Notes: generated by a model from the sequence alone, not told the origin. A stretch of 64,000 nucleotides of DNA from the human T2T-CHM13v2.0 reference genome, Homo sapiens (GCF_009914755.1 NC_060925.1); one strand, 5' to 3'; positions 1-14,322 are shown, counted from the stretch's first letter. Program-made: numbers and translations.

Positions 1-430
1 TACACTGCTTCTTGTCTGGATTTTTGCAGCAGCCTAACCAGTCTCTCTGCTTCTCTACCCCGGACTTGTTTCAGTCCCAAGTAAATCTGTTAAATCTAAG
101 TCAGATTTCTTACTCCACTGTTCAGACCCTCCAGTGATTTCTCTCTTCGCTCAGTAAAACTCAGAGCCCTTGTAGTGGTCTGCAAGGCCCTTGTGTAGTG
201 GGTATAATCTGGAAGCTTCCCGGACCCCACCCCTGGTCAGTTAAATCACAGTCTCTGGAAAATGGAGTCCAAGCTTCAGGTTGTTTGATTTTGAAAAGGC
301 TCCCCTGGTGATTCTGATGCGAAGTCTACACAGGCTCTGGCCTTTTCCTCCTCCTCTGAACTTATCACCCACAACTCTATCCTTCTCCGTTTCTGTTCCA
401 GCCACAACAATTTCCTTACTCTTCCTTAAA
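1..430 (+). mobile_element. Degenerate L2 LINE fragment interrupted by a MER5A-like DNA transposon remnant (~200-335)
   Basis: L2-like motifs (aaatctaagtcagat...ccctccagtgattt, ctgcaaggccct); MER5A-like 'aagctcccc.ggtgattctgatg' at ~297-320. Boundaries approximate. Confidence 0.5.
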
Positions 431-1753
431 CATGGCAAGCATCCACATAAGATGTTCCTGAGAGAAACACTGCTGAAACAAGAAAAAGCAGTGACAGCAA
501 GATGATTCTTGCCATCATACTGATGCGTTTTAGTTGAATTTTAAAACATATACAATGTTAAAAAAAAAATCAGCTTTGAAATGTATGCCTTTTTGTCTTG
601 ATTTAAAAGCAGTATGCTATTTTTCCTAGTTTTATATGTGACAGTCTATGCTTAGTCATTGTTTAACAAAAGATCCAGGTACTAGACTTTCTTCAATATG
701 TTAAAAAGAAAAAAAAAGCATGTGGTACCATCTCACTCCTGCTATAACCTGCAGTGGTTATACATCATTAACACCTCCAGCGTGCATTTGCTACTGGGTT
801 AGTGCCAACAAAGCTGAATATACTTACCATTGATTTGAAGTTGTCTTACTTTTTACTGAAGATTCCATATGTCATAGTTTTTTTTTTAACTTTTTTTAAA
901 AAAGTAATATGAGTACAAGCTAAAAATCCAGTGGTATGAAAGGGCATATAGTGAGAAGCCAGTCCCCTTCCTGCCCCAGCGTTCAGCACCCATTGTTACC
1001 AGCCAGTATGTCATGTTGTAGTCTTAAGCATTCTTTTTTGTTCTTGTTATTTAAACGTTTTTGCCTATTTAATTTTAAGAATTGTTGATGTAATGAAATA
1101 AGTAAAAATGCATGCTGTAAGTTTTTCAACATCTTTTAACAAATAGAAGAAGGTTAAATTATCAAAATGACATTAAGGTACTCTGTAAATTTAAAATAGA
1201 AGTAATTCCTAGAACATTTTCCAGGGCAGACATTCCTGTTTCCTCTGAGTTCCAGGAAGCTCTCTCCTCCATGAATTGAAATTTGTCTGGCACTGTTCCG
1301 TTCTCTGAGAGTGTGCTCCAGGCTTCCTCTGCCCCAGCGCCTGTTCTCCTGTGTGCCCATCTAGAGTCTGCCTTTCCTTTCAGTCTTGCCCTCTTGCCCT
1401 CGGTGACCTGCACCCTGAATCACTCTCCCTCTTTTTCTTGCGTTAAGTAATCAGAGTTCCCTGACAGCTCTTCGTGTGCAGGACCTGACCTCTTTTTCAT
1501 GATCTTCCCTGTTGGCTTCCAAGTTCAACAGGTGTTTATTGAGGAACTTCCCTAGCCCTTTTTATTGGCCTAAATAGATAAGATAATGGATTTTGGAGTG
1601 AGATACTGATTCAGATCCCAACTCTGCCTCTAATTAGTTGTGTGACTAGACAGATTGCTTAATTTCTCTGGGCCCCTTCTCATTAAAATGAGACCCATAG
1701 TAGTGCTTTCATGATAGAGTTACTATGAGGGTTTAAATGAGATCATTTATGCA

Positions 1754-2043
1754 GGCCGGGCACTGTGGCTCAAGCCTATAATCCTAGCTCAAGCCTGTAA
1801 TCCCAAAGGAAGCCGAGGTGGGAGGATCACTTGAGCCCAGGAGTTTGAGACCAGTCTGGGCAACATAGGGAAACCCTATCTACAAAAACTGTAAAAATTA
1901 GCTGGGTTTAGTGGGGCATGCCTGTGGTCCCAGCTACTCTGGAGGCTGAGGCAGGAGGTCAAGGCTGCAGTGAGCCGTAATCACGCCACTGCACTCCAGC
2001 CTGGGTGACAGAATGAGACCCTGTCTCAAAAACAACAGCAAAA
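1754..2043 (+). mobile_element. AluJ-like SINE with internal duplication and deletions
   Basis: GGCCGGGC start, two arms, A-rich tail; degenerate TSD gagatcatttatgca (1739-1753) / gagattgcttatgca (2044-2058). Confidence 0.9.
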
Positions 2044-2078
2044 GAGATTGCTTATGCAAAAAGCTGAGCACAGTGTCT

Positions 2079-2607
2079 TTCAACAGATGAATGGATAAGC
2101 AAAACATGTTATCTCCATACAGTGGAATATTTTTTGGCCTTAAAAAAGACTGAACTTCTGACATGCCTCAAAACATGGTTGGACTTTGAAGGCACTGTGC
2201 TAAGTGAAGTTTAGCCAAACACAAAAGGATGAATACTGTATTATTCTACTTATGCGAAATATCTAGATAAGGCAAATTCATAGAGAAAGAAAGTAGAGTA
2301 GAGGTTACCAGGGGATGGAGTGGAGAGGGTGGGAGAGAAGAAGGGGTAGTTATTGCTAAATGGTTACAGTGTTTCTGCTCTGGGTGATAAAATAAGTTTG
2401 GACGTAAATAGTGATGATGGTTGCTCAACATTGTAACTGAAATTCATGCTACTGGATTATACATTGAAAAATGGTTAAAATGGAAAAGTATATATTATGT
2501 ATATTTCACCACAATTAAAAAAATAACATACCAGAAACCATTGAATTGCACACTTGAAATGGGTGAATTGTATGGTATGTGAATGATGGTCGGTAAAGCT
2601 GCTTAAA
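2079..2607 (+). mobile_element. L1M (L1MB-like) 3' end fragment
   Basis: caacagatgaatggataa...gctaagtgaa...agtagaggttaccagggg motifs; degenerate TSD aagctgagcacagtgtct / aagcttagcatagtgcct. Confidence 0.8.
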
Positions 2608-2815
2608 AGCAAGCTTAGCATAGTGCCTGGCGTATATGTAGTAAGTACTGAATAAATGGTAGTTGTGGTGGTAATCCTCAATATTTAGTGAGCATTTCAA
2701 CTTGATTCTCGTTTACATTAGAGCAGTATTTAATGGTTGAAATAAAAATGTTCATTTCAGTTTTGTCTCTAATGGGCTTTCATTAATTTTCTCATGTCTC
2801 ATTTCTGTGCCTCAG

Positions 2816-2883
2816 AGTTATTGATTTAGGAGTCATGACTCCATGTGATAAGATACTGAAAGCTGCTCTTGACCACAAAGCAG
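2816..2883 (+). CDS. MTR: Methionine synthase coding exon 23 (68 nt; (R)[22 protein letters not shown](D))
   Basis: ctcag| acceptor and |gtact donor; translation matches the cobalamin-binding domain of MetH/MTR; phase 1 end joins the next exon to give Asp. Confidence 0.97.
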
Positions 2884-3265
2884 GTACTGTGCAACTATAC
2901 TTTGGGCATTTCTCTAAATGTCATATCCCCAGGTGTCTGTCATTTCCCTAGTTGTCTGTCAGTGAATAGTGATGCCCCATGAGGGTTCTGTGGGACATAC
3001 AATCAAGTGCCAGCTCCTGCACCAGGTTGCTTTCATTGCCATTTCTAATGGGGTTGAGAGACGAGAATGAGTAACTATGGAACCGAGTCCTGGAGATGGG
3101 GAATGGGGACAGACTTCTTAGAACAGTTGTATGTAGTCATTTTTATATTTCTTCTCACACTGTGATATATTCAAGTCCGGGAAATCATGAGCTAAATATA
3201 CCTTTATTGCATCGTTTCCTAAAACTATGGCAAGTAATTATTGCAACTTTAAGTTATAAATCTTA

Positions 3266-3651
<386 letters not shown>

Positions 3652-3686
3652 TTAGGTCTTTTGGTCTTCATTACAAAGTTTTTTAA

Positions 3687-3890
<204 letters not shown>

Positions 3891-4656
3891 TAAGTTATAC
3901 TAACGAGCTTTGTCCTCACTTCAAATTTTCTTATATGCCAGTGTTTGAAACAGTGGGAAACCTGTGTTGTTTTGGATTTTCCCTTATGTTTAGTACATTG
4001 ACTTTTTGTTATATAAACACAAACATTTTCTGGTGTTCACTTGGGTGAGAGCCAGAATACTTTCAGAGCATGCTATAGAAAACTTTTTGTGATTCCTATT
4101 CTTTGCTTTTTCTTGGATTTCTTTGGCTTGCAATAATCTTTTTCTTAACACTCTCACTTGCGATTCAGTTCCTGAGAATTATAATGAACTCTTCTCGTGA
4201 AATTAAACCGAGTGGAGAAGCTGTGTTTTTTGGCACAAAATCATTACTTGAACTTTTGCCCACTCTGTCTTGAAGCAGGTGTCTGACTGAATGATTACAG
4301 GTTCCTTTGAAGGAACTCTAACCTTGTAGTAGTTTGGAGACAGAAAGCCCATCTAGCAAGAATGAACTAAATGGTCACTTTGGGGAGTTCCTGAAAGGGG
4401 AGCTTTGTGGGAACCTTTGGGTTAACAACATAAAGAGGTATAAAATGTAAAGATGAGAAAGTTCAAATTTGTTCACATGATAATTATTCAGTTTACCAGA
4501 TTTTTCCTGGGATCATGATCATAGTGATATGTGGTAAGTGCTACGTTAACTGTGGGTACTAGACTTTTTATGCCATGTACAGTTCACTTTCTCAGCATTA
4601 TCATACTGGAACATTGAACACAGTGGTCCCATAGCATCTAGTTTATTTTTCTGATG

Positions 4657-4780
4657 CAGAAATACAATAAAGGTCTGGTTATAGGTATGCCAGAAATACA
4701 ATAAAGATCTGGGTATAGGTATACAATAAAGGTCTGGTTCCATAGGTATGCCACAATAAAGGTCTGGTTATAGGTATGCA
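4657..4780 (+). repeat. Minisatellite, ~4 copies of a 27-34 bp unit (caataaaggtctggttataggtatgc)
   Basis: Direct repeats read by eye; AATAAA at 4666, 4700, 4725 and 4755. Confidence 0.92.
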
Positions 4781-4829
4781 AAAGAAAAGTGTTCCTTTTG
4801 CACTACAAACAACTGTACTTTTAGCCAAT

Positions 4830-5241
4830 TTGTATAGGGTTGTTCAGAGGAACAGAATCAATAGGATATGTTTATATATAGAAAGAGATTTATTTTAAAT
4901 AATTAACTCCTGTGATTGTGGAGGCTGGCAAGACTGAAATCTGCAGGCTGGAGACACAGGTAAGTTGATTTTTTGAGTCTAAAGGCAGTCTAGAGGTGGA
5001 ATTTCTTCTTCCTTGTAGGGCTGGGGAGTGAATAAGGGACTCCTTGTCTTGTCTCTTAAAGGTCTTCAGCTGACTGGATGAGGCCCACCAACATAGTGGA
5101 GGATAATGTGCTTTACTTAGGTCTACTGATAAATGTTAATCACATCAAAAAAAATACTTTCACAGTAACATTTAGGTTGTGGTTAACCAAAAAGTAGATA
5201 CCATGGCCTAGCCAAGTTTATACGTGAAATTAACCATCATA
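4830..5241 (-). mobile_element. MLT2-family (ERVL) solo LTR
   Basis: cagaggaacagaatcaatagga...gattgtggaggctggcaag...gcctagccaagtt...aaattaaccatca. Confidence 0.75.
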
Positions 5242-6289
5242 CCATTTAAAATTTGAATGAGTCATCTTCATAAGTAGAAACAGTATTATGTGTCTTTTAT
5301 CCATTAGCTGTTCTTCATACTTGAAGGATTCGATAGTTTGACTATCGTTGCTTAACGTTAGAAAACAGGGTTTGCGTTTCCACAAAGGACTTATGTACCA
5401 GGAAATGTGGCAGACTTGGTCTCAAGGGATATGGCCACCCATTAATAATGGGTTTTGATGAGCATGGGCTTGGGTAATTGATGACAGGCTTAGTGAAGAG
5501 AATGGTAAGAGGACCTATGGACTGTTGTCAGAATGAAAGACTTTAATATCAACTGTGAAGTAGAATAAATAAATATTTAAAGGAACATAATTAAAATACA
5601 TTATGTGTTATGTAAATATGATGCTGGCTTCAAAAAAAGAATCTTTTTATATGGTGGGACACTACACTCAGAAATTTGCTTCTTGTGCAAATTGGAACTT
5701 TACCAAATAGTCCATTCTATCATTTACTATGTAAAAGCTACCAGATTAAAGAAAAAAAAACATTGAGAAGCAACGTGACTAGCCTCTCAAGATACATTAT
5801 TGGCAAAATTAGCTTGCTAATGATTCTTAGCAGTTGCAACCTGATATATCAGATTAGAATTAACAAGATAGGAAATCACCAACATCTCTTCAGTTACTGC
5901 GAAATATCTATTCTCATTGTCTGGGAAACTGTAAATGTGTTTGGCCTGAAGGTAGAAAGCTGAGTCCACTGACCACCTAAGGTTTCTTTCAACTCTCCAG
6001 AGCATTGTTTCTGTATGAGCCCTGCCTCTTCTGGTTCTCTTCTCTTCCATGCCTGTTGCAGTTTCTGGGAAATTACTTGGAAAATAAGAGCTAGTAGGTA
6101 GCACTGCTTCCCGGGAACCATTCCCTTCTACACTGTGGTGCTGGAACAGCCTTTGGAAAACAGATTTCCACGCAACCTCCAAGCACTTCACTGTAGAATT
6201 TCCCAGTTCTGACTCCATTCTAATTAGTGACAGTGGATGAGGTCTGCGATCTGAGGTCTTGCTTTAGCAAGCTCTCTTATTTAAGTAAG

Positions 6290-7290
6290 TGCTTTTACAG
6301 AAGTTTAGCAGTTATACAGAAAAGTACACAAATCATATAGATGTACAACTTGACAAGTTTTTACAAAAGGGAACCCACCCATGTAACCACCTCCAGATCA
6401 AGAAATAGAACACTAATGGCACCCTAGGAACCTCAGCAGGTTCCTCCACCCAGTCATCCTTTCCAACAAAAGTAACCACTGTTCTTTCTTGTCACCATAC
6501 GTTGGTTTTGCTTGCATTTCAACTTTATATAAGTGGAGTCATATTGTATGTGCTCTCCTGTGTCCGGCTTCTTTTGCCCCACATCAGCCTTGTTACGATA
6601 GTTGTTTGGTTTTTTGTTGGTTTTTTTTCAATGTAGTATTCCATTGTATAATGTGCTGTGACTTATTTACTCTTGCTACTGTTGGTGGACATTTGAGGTT
6701 TTCCACTTTGGGGCTATCACAAACAATGCTGCTATGAACACTTATGCTTATGAATTTTGGTGCACATGTATGTGTATTTTTGCCTAGAAGCAGAATTGCC
6801 AGATCATAGGATATGCCTATGATCATCTTCATTAGCTATTGCCACATAGTTTTCCAAATTGTAGCAATTTACACTCCCACAAGCAATTGTGAAAGTTCCA
6901 GTTATTCCACGTTCTTTTCAATGGTATCCCTTGTCATGGGTGTAGTAATACCTTGCTATGGTTTTCGTTTGCATTTCTCTGCTGAGTAATGATGTTGAAC
7001 ACCTTTTCATTTATATATTGACCATTTGGATATGCTTTTTAAATATTTTTAAAAATTGGGTATTCTGCTTTATTCTTATTGGTTTGTACACATTCTTTAG
7101 TTTATAGTAGTTACAAGTCCTTTATCAGAAATACATATATTGCAAATAGATTTTTTTTCAATCTGGCTTGCCTTTTGCTATCTTAGTGCTGTCTTTGGAT
7201 AACAAAAGTCTTAATTTTTATAAAGTCCGATTTATCAGTCTCTTCATATATGGTTAATGCCTTTTGCATCCAAATAAGTAAGTCATCTCC
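6290..7290 (-). mobile_element. Ancient L1 (L1MD/ME-like) 3' region, antisense to MTR
   Basis: cccatgtaaccacc...atcaagaaatagaaca; gctgctatgaaca; tttgcatttctctg...gatgttgaacaccttttcat. Confidence 0.75.
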
Positions 7291-7555
7291 TAGGAGAGCC
7301 ACCTTTGCTAGAAATAGAAAGCATTCAGGAGTTGAAGTGTCTCAGAAGCCCATCTGAGAGCCCTTATGATTTCCCACAAACCAGTGGAGGACTTAGCAGT
7401 AGCTCATTAGCTCAGGACTTCCACGTTTTCATGAAAACATCGCTGAGGGGAGATAACCCTATGGCTTTTCCAGACATCAGTGACTTGCAGTAGCGTGAGT
7501 AGAACTGGAACTGTACCCCCAAGATACTCGAAATGAAGGTTAAGGCTGTCTAGTG

Positions 7556-7747
7556 CAGGAGTGTCCAGTCTTTTGGTTTCCCCGGGCCACATTGGAAGAA
7601 TTGTTTCAGGCCACACATAAAATACACTAACACTAACAATAGCTAATGAACTGAAACAAAAAAAATCTCATAATGTTTTAAGAAAGTTTATGAATTTGTA
7701 TTGGGCCACATTCAAAGCTGTCCTGAGCTGCATGTTGGACAAGCTTA
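7556..7747 (+). mobile_element. MER30 (hAT-Charlie) non-autonomous DNA transposon
   Basis: caggagtgtccagtcttttgg...gggccacacataaaatacactaacactaac...ttggacaagctt; perfect 8-bp TSD gtctagtg at 7548-7555 and 7748-7755. Confidence 0.9.
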
Positions 7748-8910
7748 GTCTAGTGGATGAATCGATATTTGGAGAGATTGAAAGAGTTCAATAGATTTGG
7801 GGTCTTTGGTCCCTGAGCACACACTGGGCATAAAACAGGAGGGTCTCAGGAGGCCATGGAGTTCATTAATCTGCCCCAGGGCCATGGTCTGGCCTCCCTA
7901 CCACTCTGTACCCCAGCCTTCCCATTCCAAAAGATGGCTCTTGACTCACTGGCTTATGCCTGAATGCCCATCTTCCAGCTCAGTTCTCATAGCCTAAGGC
8001 TTTGTAGTCCTTTGCTTCCGTTTACAAGTGGACATACTGTTAGGAAGATGGAACAGGTGAAGTGTTACTGGTCTTGTCTGTCTTATGAGTTTTTAGAGCC
8101 TTCCTTGAGAAGCCTGTTAAAAACACACTCATGCATATATTACACCTATAACAGTCTCTTGGTTTTTAAAAATTACCTCAATGATCCACATTTACTAGAC
8201 CATGTCAAACAATTCAGAGGAATGTAAAGTACAATTGAATCTCTCTCTTCCAACCTTCAGCCTCACCTCTAACCCCCATAACCAGTGTGGACACTTCGAT
8301 GTGTATCTTCCTGTGTTTTTTCTAAATATATAGAAACTTAGATACAGGATTGGTTGGTTGTTTGGAAAAGCTTGAGGGTGGTGTTTCTTAAAAATACAAT
8401 TGCATTAAATATAGTGTTCTGCTACTTTGTTTCTTTCTCATATAATAGCATATTCTGGATAATATTCCAAACATATGTTTTTGTCGAGGGGGAAGAATAT
8501 GAAAGCACTTGAGGAAGAGTACTGCTACTTCTGGGGAGGAGGAGAGAGGATAAAAGGCAGAAAGCACTGCCCATCTCATGGGGACTGCTGCTGGCCACCC
8601 TTCTAAAGGTGGGATGTGGCCAGAACACAATTCTCCTCCCTCTCCAGGGGTTCTGGATTAACCACTGTAAGGGAGGCTGTACATGTTTTCAGTTTTCACT
8701 TTAATTCATTATGTTCTATCATGAAATAGCAGATTTGTAGCCTATCCTATTGCTGTAAACATGCAGTCATCACAGGGCAGTTTGTTTTGCACTTCTGTTA
8801 ATTAGGCAATTTTAAGAATGAAAGGGCCTTTCTTCCTAATACCAACATTTTCAAGTTTGGTAATAGGGATGTGGGGCTGAACCAATCCTAAATATTAAAA
8901 GTAAAATATT

Positions 8911-9220
<310 letters not shown>

Positions 9221-9666
9221 AAATATTTTTCTTGCTTTTGCCTCTCTGTATTATTTTATGTTGAATTTCAGGTTTGGGGTTCCATACTGCAAGTACAAGG
9301 TGGGGTTGGGGCTGAGGAGTGTTGATGTCTCCCATGAATAGGGGAGCAGCTGCTAGACAGCCATATCCTGTGTCCTCTGCCTGGTTCCCGGTTCCTTAGG
9401 GGCCCTGGCTGCTGTCCCAGCTCATTTGGAGGAGGGAACTCAACCTGACCTTGATGACAGCAGTGTGATTTCCTGGGCCTGGTTACCTCCCTTAAGTCAC
9501 GTGGGCTGCGAATGAGCACCAGGTCATGCACGGGCTCAGTCCCTTGTTAACGGAGCTGAGGACAAGGTCTTTCTCTTCTGCAGAGCCTGGGCTAGGTTTC
9601 CCATCTTAGGGTAGGGAAAAAGTCATTCATGTTTTACGAGGGAAATTTGAAGTTCAGTATTTGTAG

Positions 9667-9885
<219 letters not shown>

Positions 9886-10475
9886 TGACCTTACATTTTA
9901 TTCCAGATGTGTTGGAAAGCTTGCATTACAAGTAAGGGTTTAACTTAAGATCTATTCATTTTTATTCAGTTCTACTAAATAAAGGTCAAAGAGCAGCCTG
10001 AGGCTCATGGTGTGCCTCTGCAGTGACTGCCTTGCTGGAAGGAGGTCCAGGTGACCATGTCCTATACTTTCAAAGACAATTACAGAACTGAGCAGCAGAC
10101 AGGTAGATGGCCTGGCACCAAGACATCTTTGACCTGGACACCAACCAGACAAAGATTTCACCCACTCACAAACATGAATAGATGTTTGCTTGACTGTCTA
10201 AAAGGAATGTTGGATTTTTAAATGACCTTTTTCCAGATAGAAAAACAAACTCAAAAGTGTCCTAGTTGACCCTACCCAAAGACAGAAAAACATCTGCTAG
10301 ATATTTAAAACCCAGAACAGTGGTTTCTGCTTCTCTGTGAACATCATAAACAATTCACCCACGTCCTGCTTTTCTCTTTCAGTGAAGCCTAACATTCTAT
10401 CTTGTTATAGGTTTCATTGTTTTCACTGAATAATGGGATATAACAGCTGGGGTGCACCCGAGAGGCAGTGTGGTC

Positions 10476-10632
10476 CAGGGGTTTCCAAATTGATTTCAGC
10501 CACAGAATCTTTGTCTGTTAAGTGACGTCTTACCTGGAAATTTAGTGTGGCAGAATTTCCAGGTAAGACGTCACTTACCGTCCCATCCCGCTCCTAGTGT
10601 CCATCAAAAGAGCACAGTTTGAGAACCACAGA
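10476..10632. mobile_element. Probable short hAT-Charlie (MER5-like) DNA transposon remnant containing a perfect inverted repeat
   Basis: Terminal-repeat-like ends caggggtttccaaa ... tttgagaaccacag; subfamily uncertain. Confidence 0.45.
10519..10577. repeat. Perfect 24-bp inverted repeat with 11-nt spacer
   Basis: taagtgacgtcttacctggaaatt (10519-10542) is the exact reverse complement of aatttccaggtaagacgtcactta (10554-10577). Confidence 0.98.
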
Positions 10633-10809
10633 TTTAGCCCAGCCTTCACATTGTGCAGGCGAGGAAGGTTACGGAGGTGGCCTGGTGATCTGCGAGACTT
10701 CCAGTGATGCCATGCGACCTGGACTAGGGTGACCGCATTTCCTGAGCTACCTTCCAAGGAAATTATTTCAGATCTGCGAATTTATTTACATGAAAGTTAT
10801 ATAATCATC

Positions 10810-11015
10810 ACTAACATTATTGAAAATGTGTAGTGTGCCAGGTACTGAGCTAAGTGCTTTACATGGATTTTATTTAATCCTCAGGCTAACCTCATGATAT
10901 AGGTATTTTTTGGTCCCCATTTTAGAGATCAGGAGACAGAAGAATAAAGAGATTAGGAACTCTGCTGAGACCACACGTCTGTCAAAGTGGCAGGTGTGGG
11001 ATTTGAATGCAGGTT
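10810..11015 (-). mobile_element. MIR SINE
   Basis: gtgccaggtactgagctaagtgctttacat...tttaatcctca...ccccattttagagat...gggatttgaa. Confidence 0.8.
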
Positions 11016-11347
11016 ATCTTACTCTGTGTTAAATTAAACTTGTTTCCCATTAATATTTAACAATTCTCCTTCATTAAAAAGGATAAAATTAACTCAGTCT
11101 GGGATCATAAAATTGCAATTTTTTATTTGCCATTGATGTAGACAAATATGCAAATAAGCTATATTTCTACAACTCAATTTTAAAACAATTTTTGTTTCTT
11201 ATTCTTGGATTGTGCTCCATAGGAGCTTATGTCAGGTCCATGGCTGAGTGCTGTGGGCCTCTTTTTAACACTTGTCATTATTTTCAAACACTGATGTATA
11301 GCCCTGAATAGTTTCCTTTCAGAGGCAAGACTTTTGGATCCATTTAG

Positions 11348-11732
<385 letters not shown>

Positions 11733-13429
11733 TCCTTCACCATCTTGAAGAGCTAGAGCAGTGGGGGCCTTGCTGAAAGCCAGGCAGGGAATGAGGAGTG
11801 GGTGTTTGTGCTCTTTCCAGTTTGGTCCAGCCACGCAGCCAGCAGTGGTTAGCTCCTCCCGTGTACAAAGAAACGACCACATTTTGAAATTGCTAAAACA
11901 TAAGTCAGATGATAAATCATGTGGGTAACTGCTGGTGACACTTCAGGAGCCAGTGGTATAATTTGTTTCAGTTGGTTGTGGGCTCATTGGCTCAGGCTCT
12001 TTTGATCTAACTGAAATGAACATGGAACAGGATCACATTTTAGCAGCTATCTCATATATTTGGAAGATTCCAAAAAGATGTAGCAAATACTTAATGGTTG
12101 GAGATTTAGACCCTTGCTTTCTTTTTTCTTCTTTAATAAAAAACGAGGTGCCAATATTTTATTCTTTTTAAATTATAAAATATCTTTTCAGTTTACTCCC
12201 TCTTATTGTGTGGCTGTTGCCATGAAATGTTATTTTTAAAAATGAAGGAAAATATAAACTGTGATATGTCCCAGTGGTTGGCATGAAAACACATGATGGA
12301 TTTGATTTTTTGGTGGAAGGATCATGTAGGTTAGCGCACATATTGACCATGAACTTGTTTCCGTCAAGTAAGTCAGACTGGGCCAGAAGGGGCCTGCCAC
12401 TGTGGCTCTGGGAGCAGCGGGCTTCATGGGGCTGTGCAAGGTGCCAGCAAACTGCAGCGGTATGTTCTGTCTACACAATAGCACCAGCATCAGGGGGTCG
12501 TAGATTCTCTGGATGTCAAGGACATCTGGTTTTGCTTTCTCAGAGTGTATAATCTAGCAAAATGCAAGAGGGCTTTAAAACATTGGTTACATACACTTCA
12601 GGGAGTTCAGAGTAGGCATTCCCTTCTTGTTTCATTGGGCTGTGCTGGGTTTCCTAAACGAGGACTCCATTGAGGTGAGTTTAATGTAAGGCTGGGGAAT
12701 ACTTTGTGGTGTGAACACTATTTAGGAACCTATTTTTGGCCTGCCACGATGGCCTTTTCTGATTGTATTCCTGAATGAGGTGATTTTGTTTTATACTAAC
12801 TCATAGGTGATTGGATTGTTATTAGAGATACTTAGAAAACCCACATAGAGTTATAGAATTTTAAAGCTGGTAGGCACTTTAGCCGTCATTCAGTCTGACT
12901 TCCTTAAGTTCAGATGAAGATGTTGAACTTTCTTGCCTTTTTGTGTATTAGATAATCCTGCTGGAGAATGCAGGGATGGGGCAGTGCTATGTTTATTTTT
13001 TAACTGATGTGATCAGTAGCTGCCGTTTCTTCTTTCTATGTAATTTTATTTTGTGTTTTGATGGTAGCTATTCTTCTATCAACTTGATAATCATAATAAC
13101 AAATAATATTTAGCTGATCCTACTTTTACAATTTAATGAGTAGACTTCACATTTTCTCAGATTATTGGTTTCCTTTCCAATTTTAGCAGAAAGTCAGTGG
13201 ACTATGAAGATTAGCCTCATTCCCTCAGCAAACATTTAGTGAGAATGCACCTCCAGACACTGGGCTAGGCACCAGGGGCATGAAGGTAGTGAATGTGTGA
13301 TTGCAGCTCTCATAGGGCTTTCTAGTAAGGGAAGTGGATATATAAATTGGAACTAAAAGGCTTTGGAAAGTGCAGTAGTAGATGAATAGAATATCTTTGA
13401 AACCTTGAGTTGGGAGTTTCTTAACCCAG

Positions 13430-14017
13430 AGGGTTCCCAAGACCACCTTCAGGTTCAAAGTTTCACTAGAAGGACACAGAGAACCCAGAAACACTGTTAT
13501 GACCATGGTTTATTGTTGTGAAAGGATATAGGTTAAAATCAGGAAAGGCAAAAGGCACATAGGATGGAATGCAGGAGAGACCAGGTACAGGCTTTCAGGA
13601 GTCATCTCCCCCATAGAGTAATCTGGATGGTGCTTATTTCTTCCGCTGATGATATGTGACAACATGTAAGGAGCCTTGCCAACCCAGAAGCTTACCTGAG
13701 CCTTCACGTCCTGGGTTTTTATTGGGGGTTGGTCACATAGGCCCAGAATGCCCATGTGTCTAGCCTTAATTGTTCAGTCTTCAGTCCCTGCAGAGGTCAA
13801 ACATAAGCATGAGCGAAGGTCCCCCACCATAAATCAGACTGTTAGCATAAACGATGTGACGTGGCCCAGGGTGCCAGGTATACAGTGACTCTCTTATCAG
13901 GCAGGCTGTCCCAAGGGTTTAGAGTTTGTCTCCCAGAAACCAGTCAAAGGCCAGTCCCTTCTTTGGCTTGTGCAGGGTTTGAACATCCCAAGCCCACTGA
14001 GTTTACCTTTTCCTGCA
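13430..14017. mobile_element. MER21-family LTR remnant
   Basis: cccaagaccaccttcaggttc...aaatcaggaaaggcaaaaggcacat...gggtttttattgggggttggtcacatag resembles MER21 as I recall it. Confidence 0.65.
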
Positions 14018-14067
14018 CGCCAGGCAGGAATTAGCACAGTTGGTGAAGGGAGAAGAAATGAAGTTAA

Positions 14068-14322
<255 letters not shown>

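Larger units (their letters stand above)
1590..2670 (+). mobile_element. MIR element split by a later Alu insertion and a later L1 3' fragment
   Basis: MIR core 1590-1753 (ttagttgtgtgact...gagggtttaaatgagat) resumes at 2059-2078 and at 2609-2670 (gcttagcatagtgcctggc...gaataaatggtag). Confidence 0.65.

Noticed and set aside
1206-1258. Two STAT (TTCNNNGAA) motifs
   Set aside because: Short, common motifs with no independent support from sequence alone.
4657-4780. Direct repeats of ~30 bp as a CRISPR-like array
   Set aside because: The units are adjacent with no unique spacers, there are no cas genes, and the context is a human intron; it is a minisatellite.
5331-5347. Small hairpin cgatagt-ttg-actatcg
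   Set aside because: A 7-bp stem is expected by chance in 64 kb.
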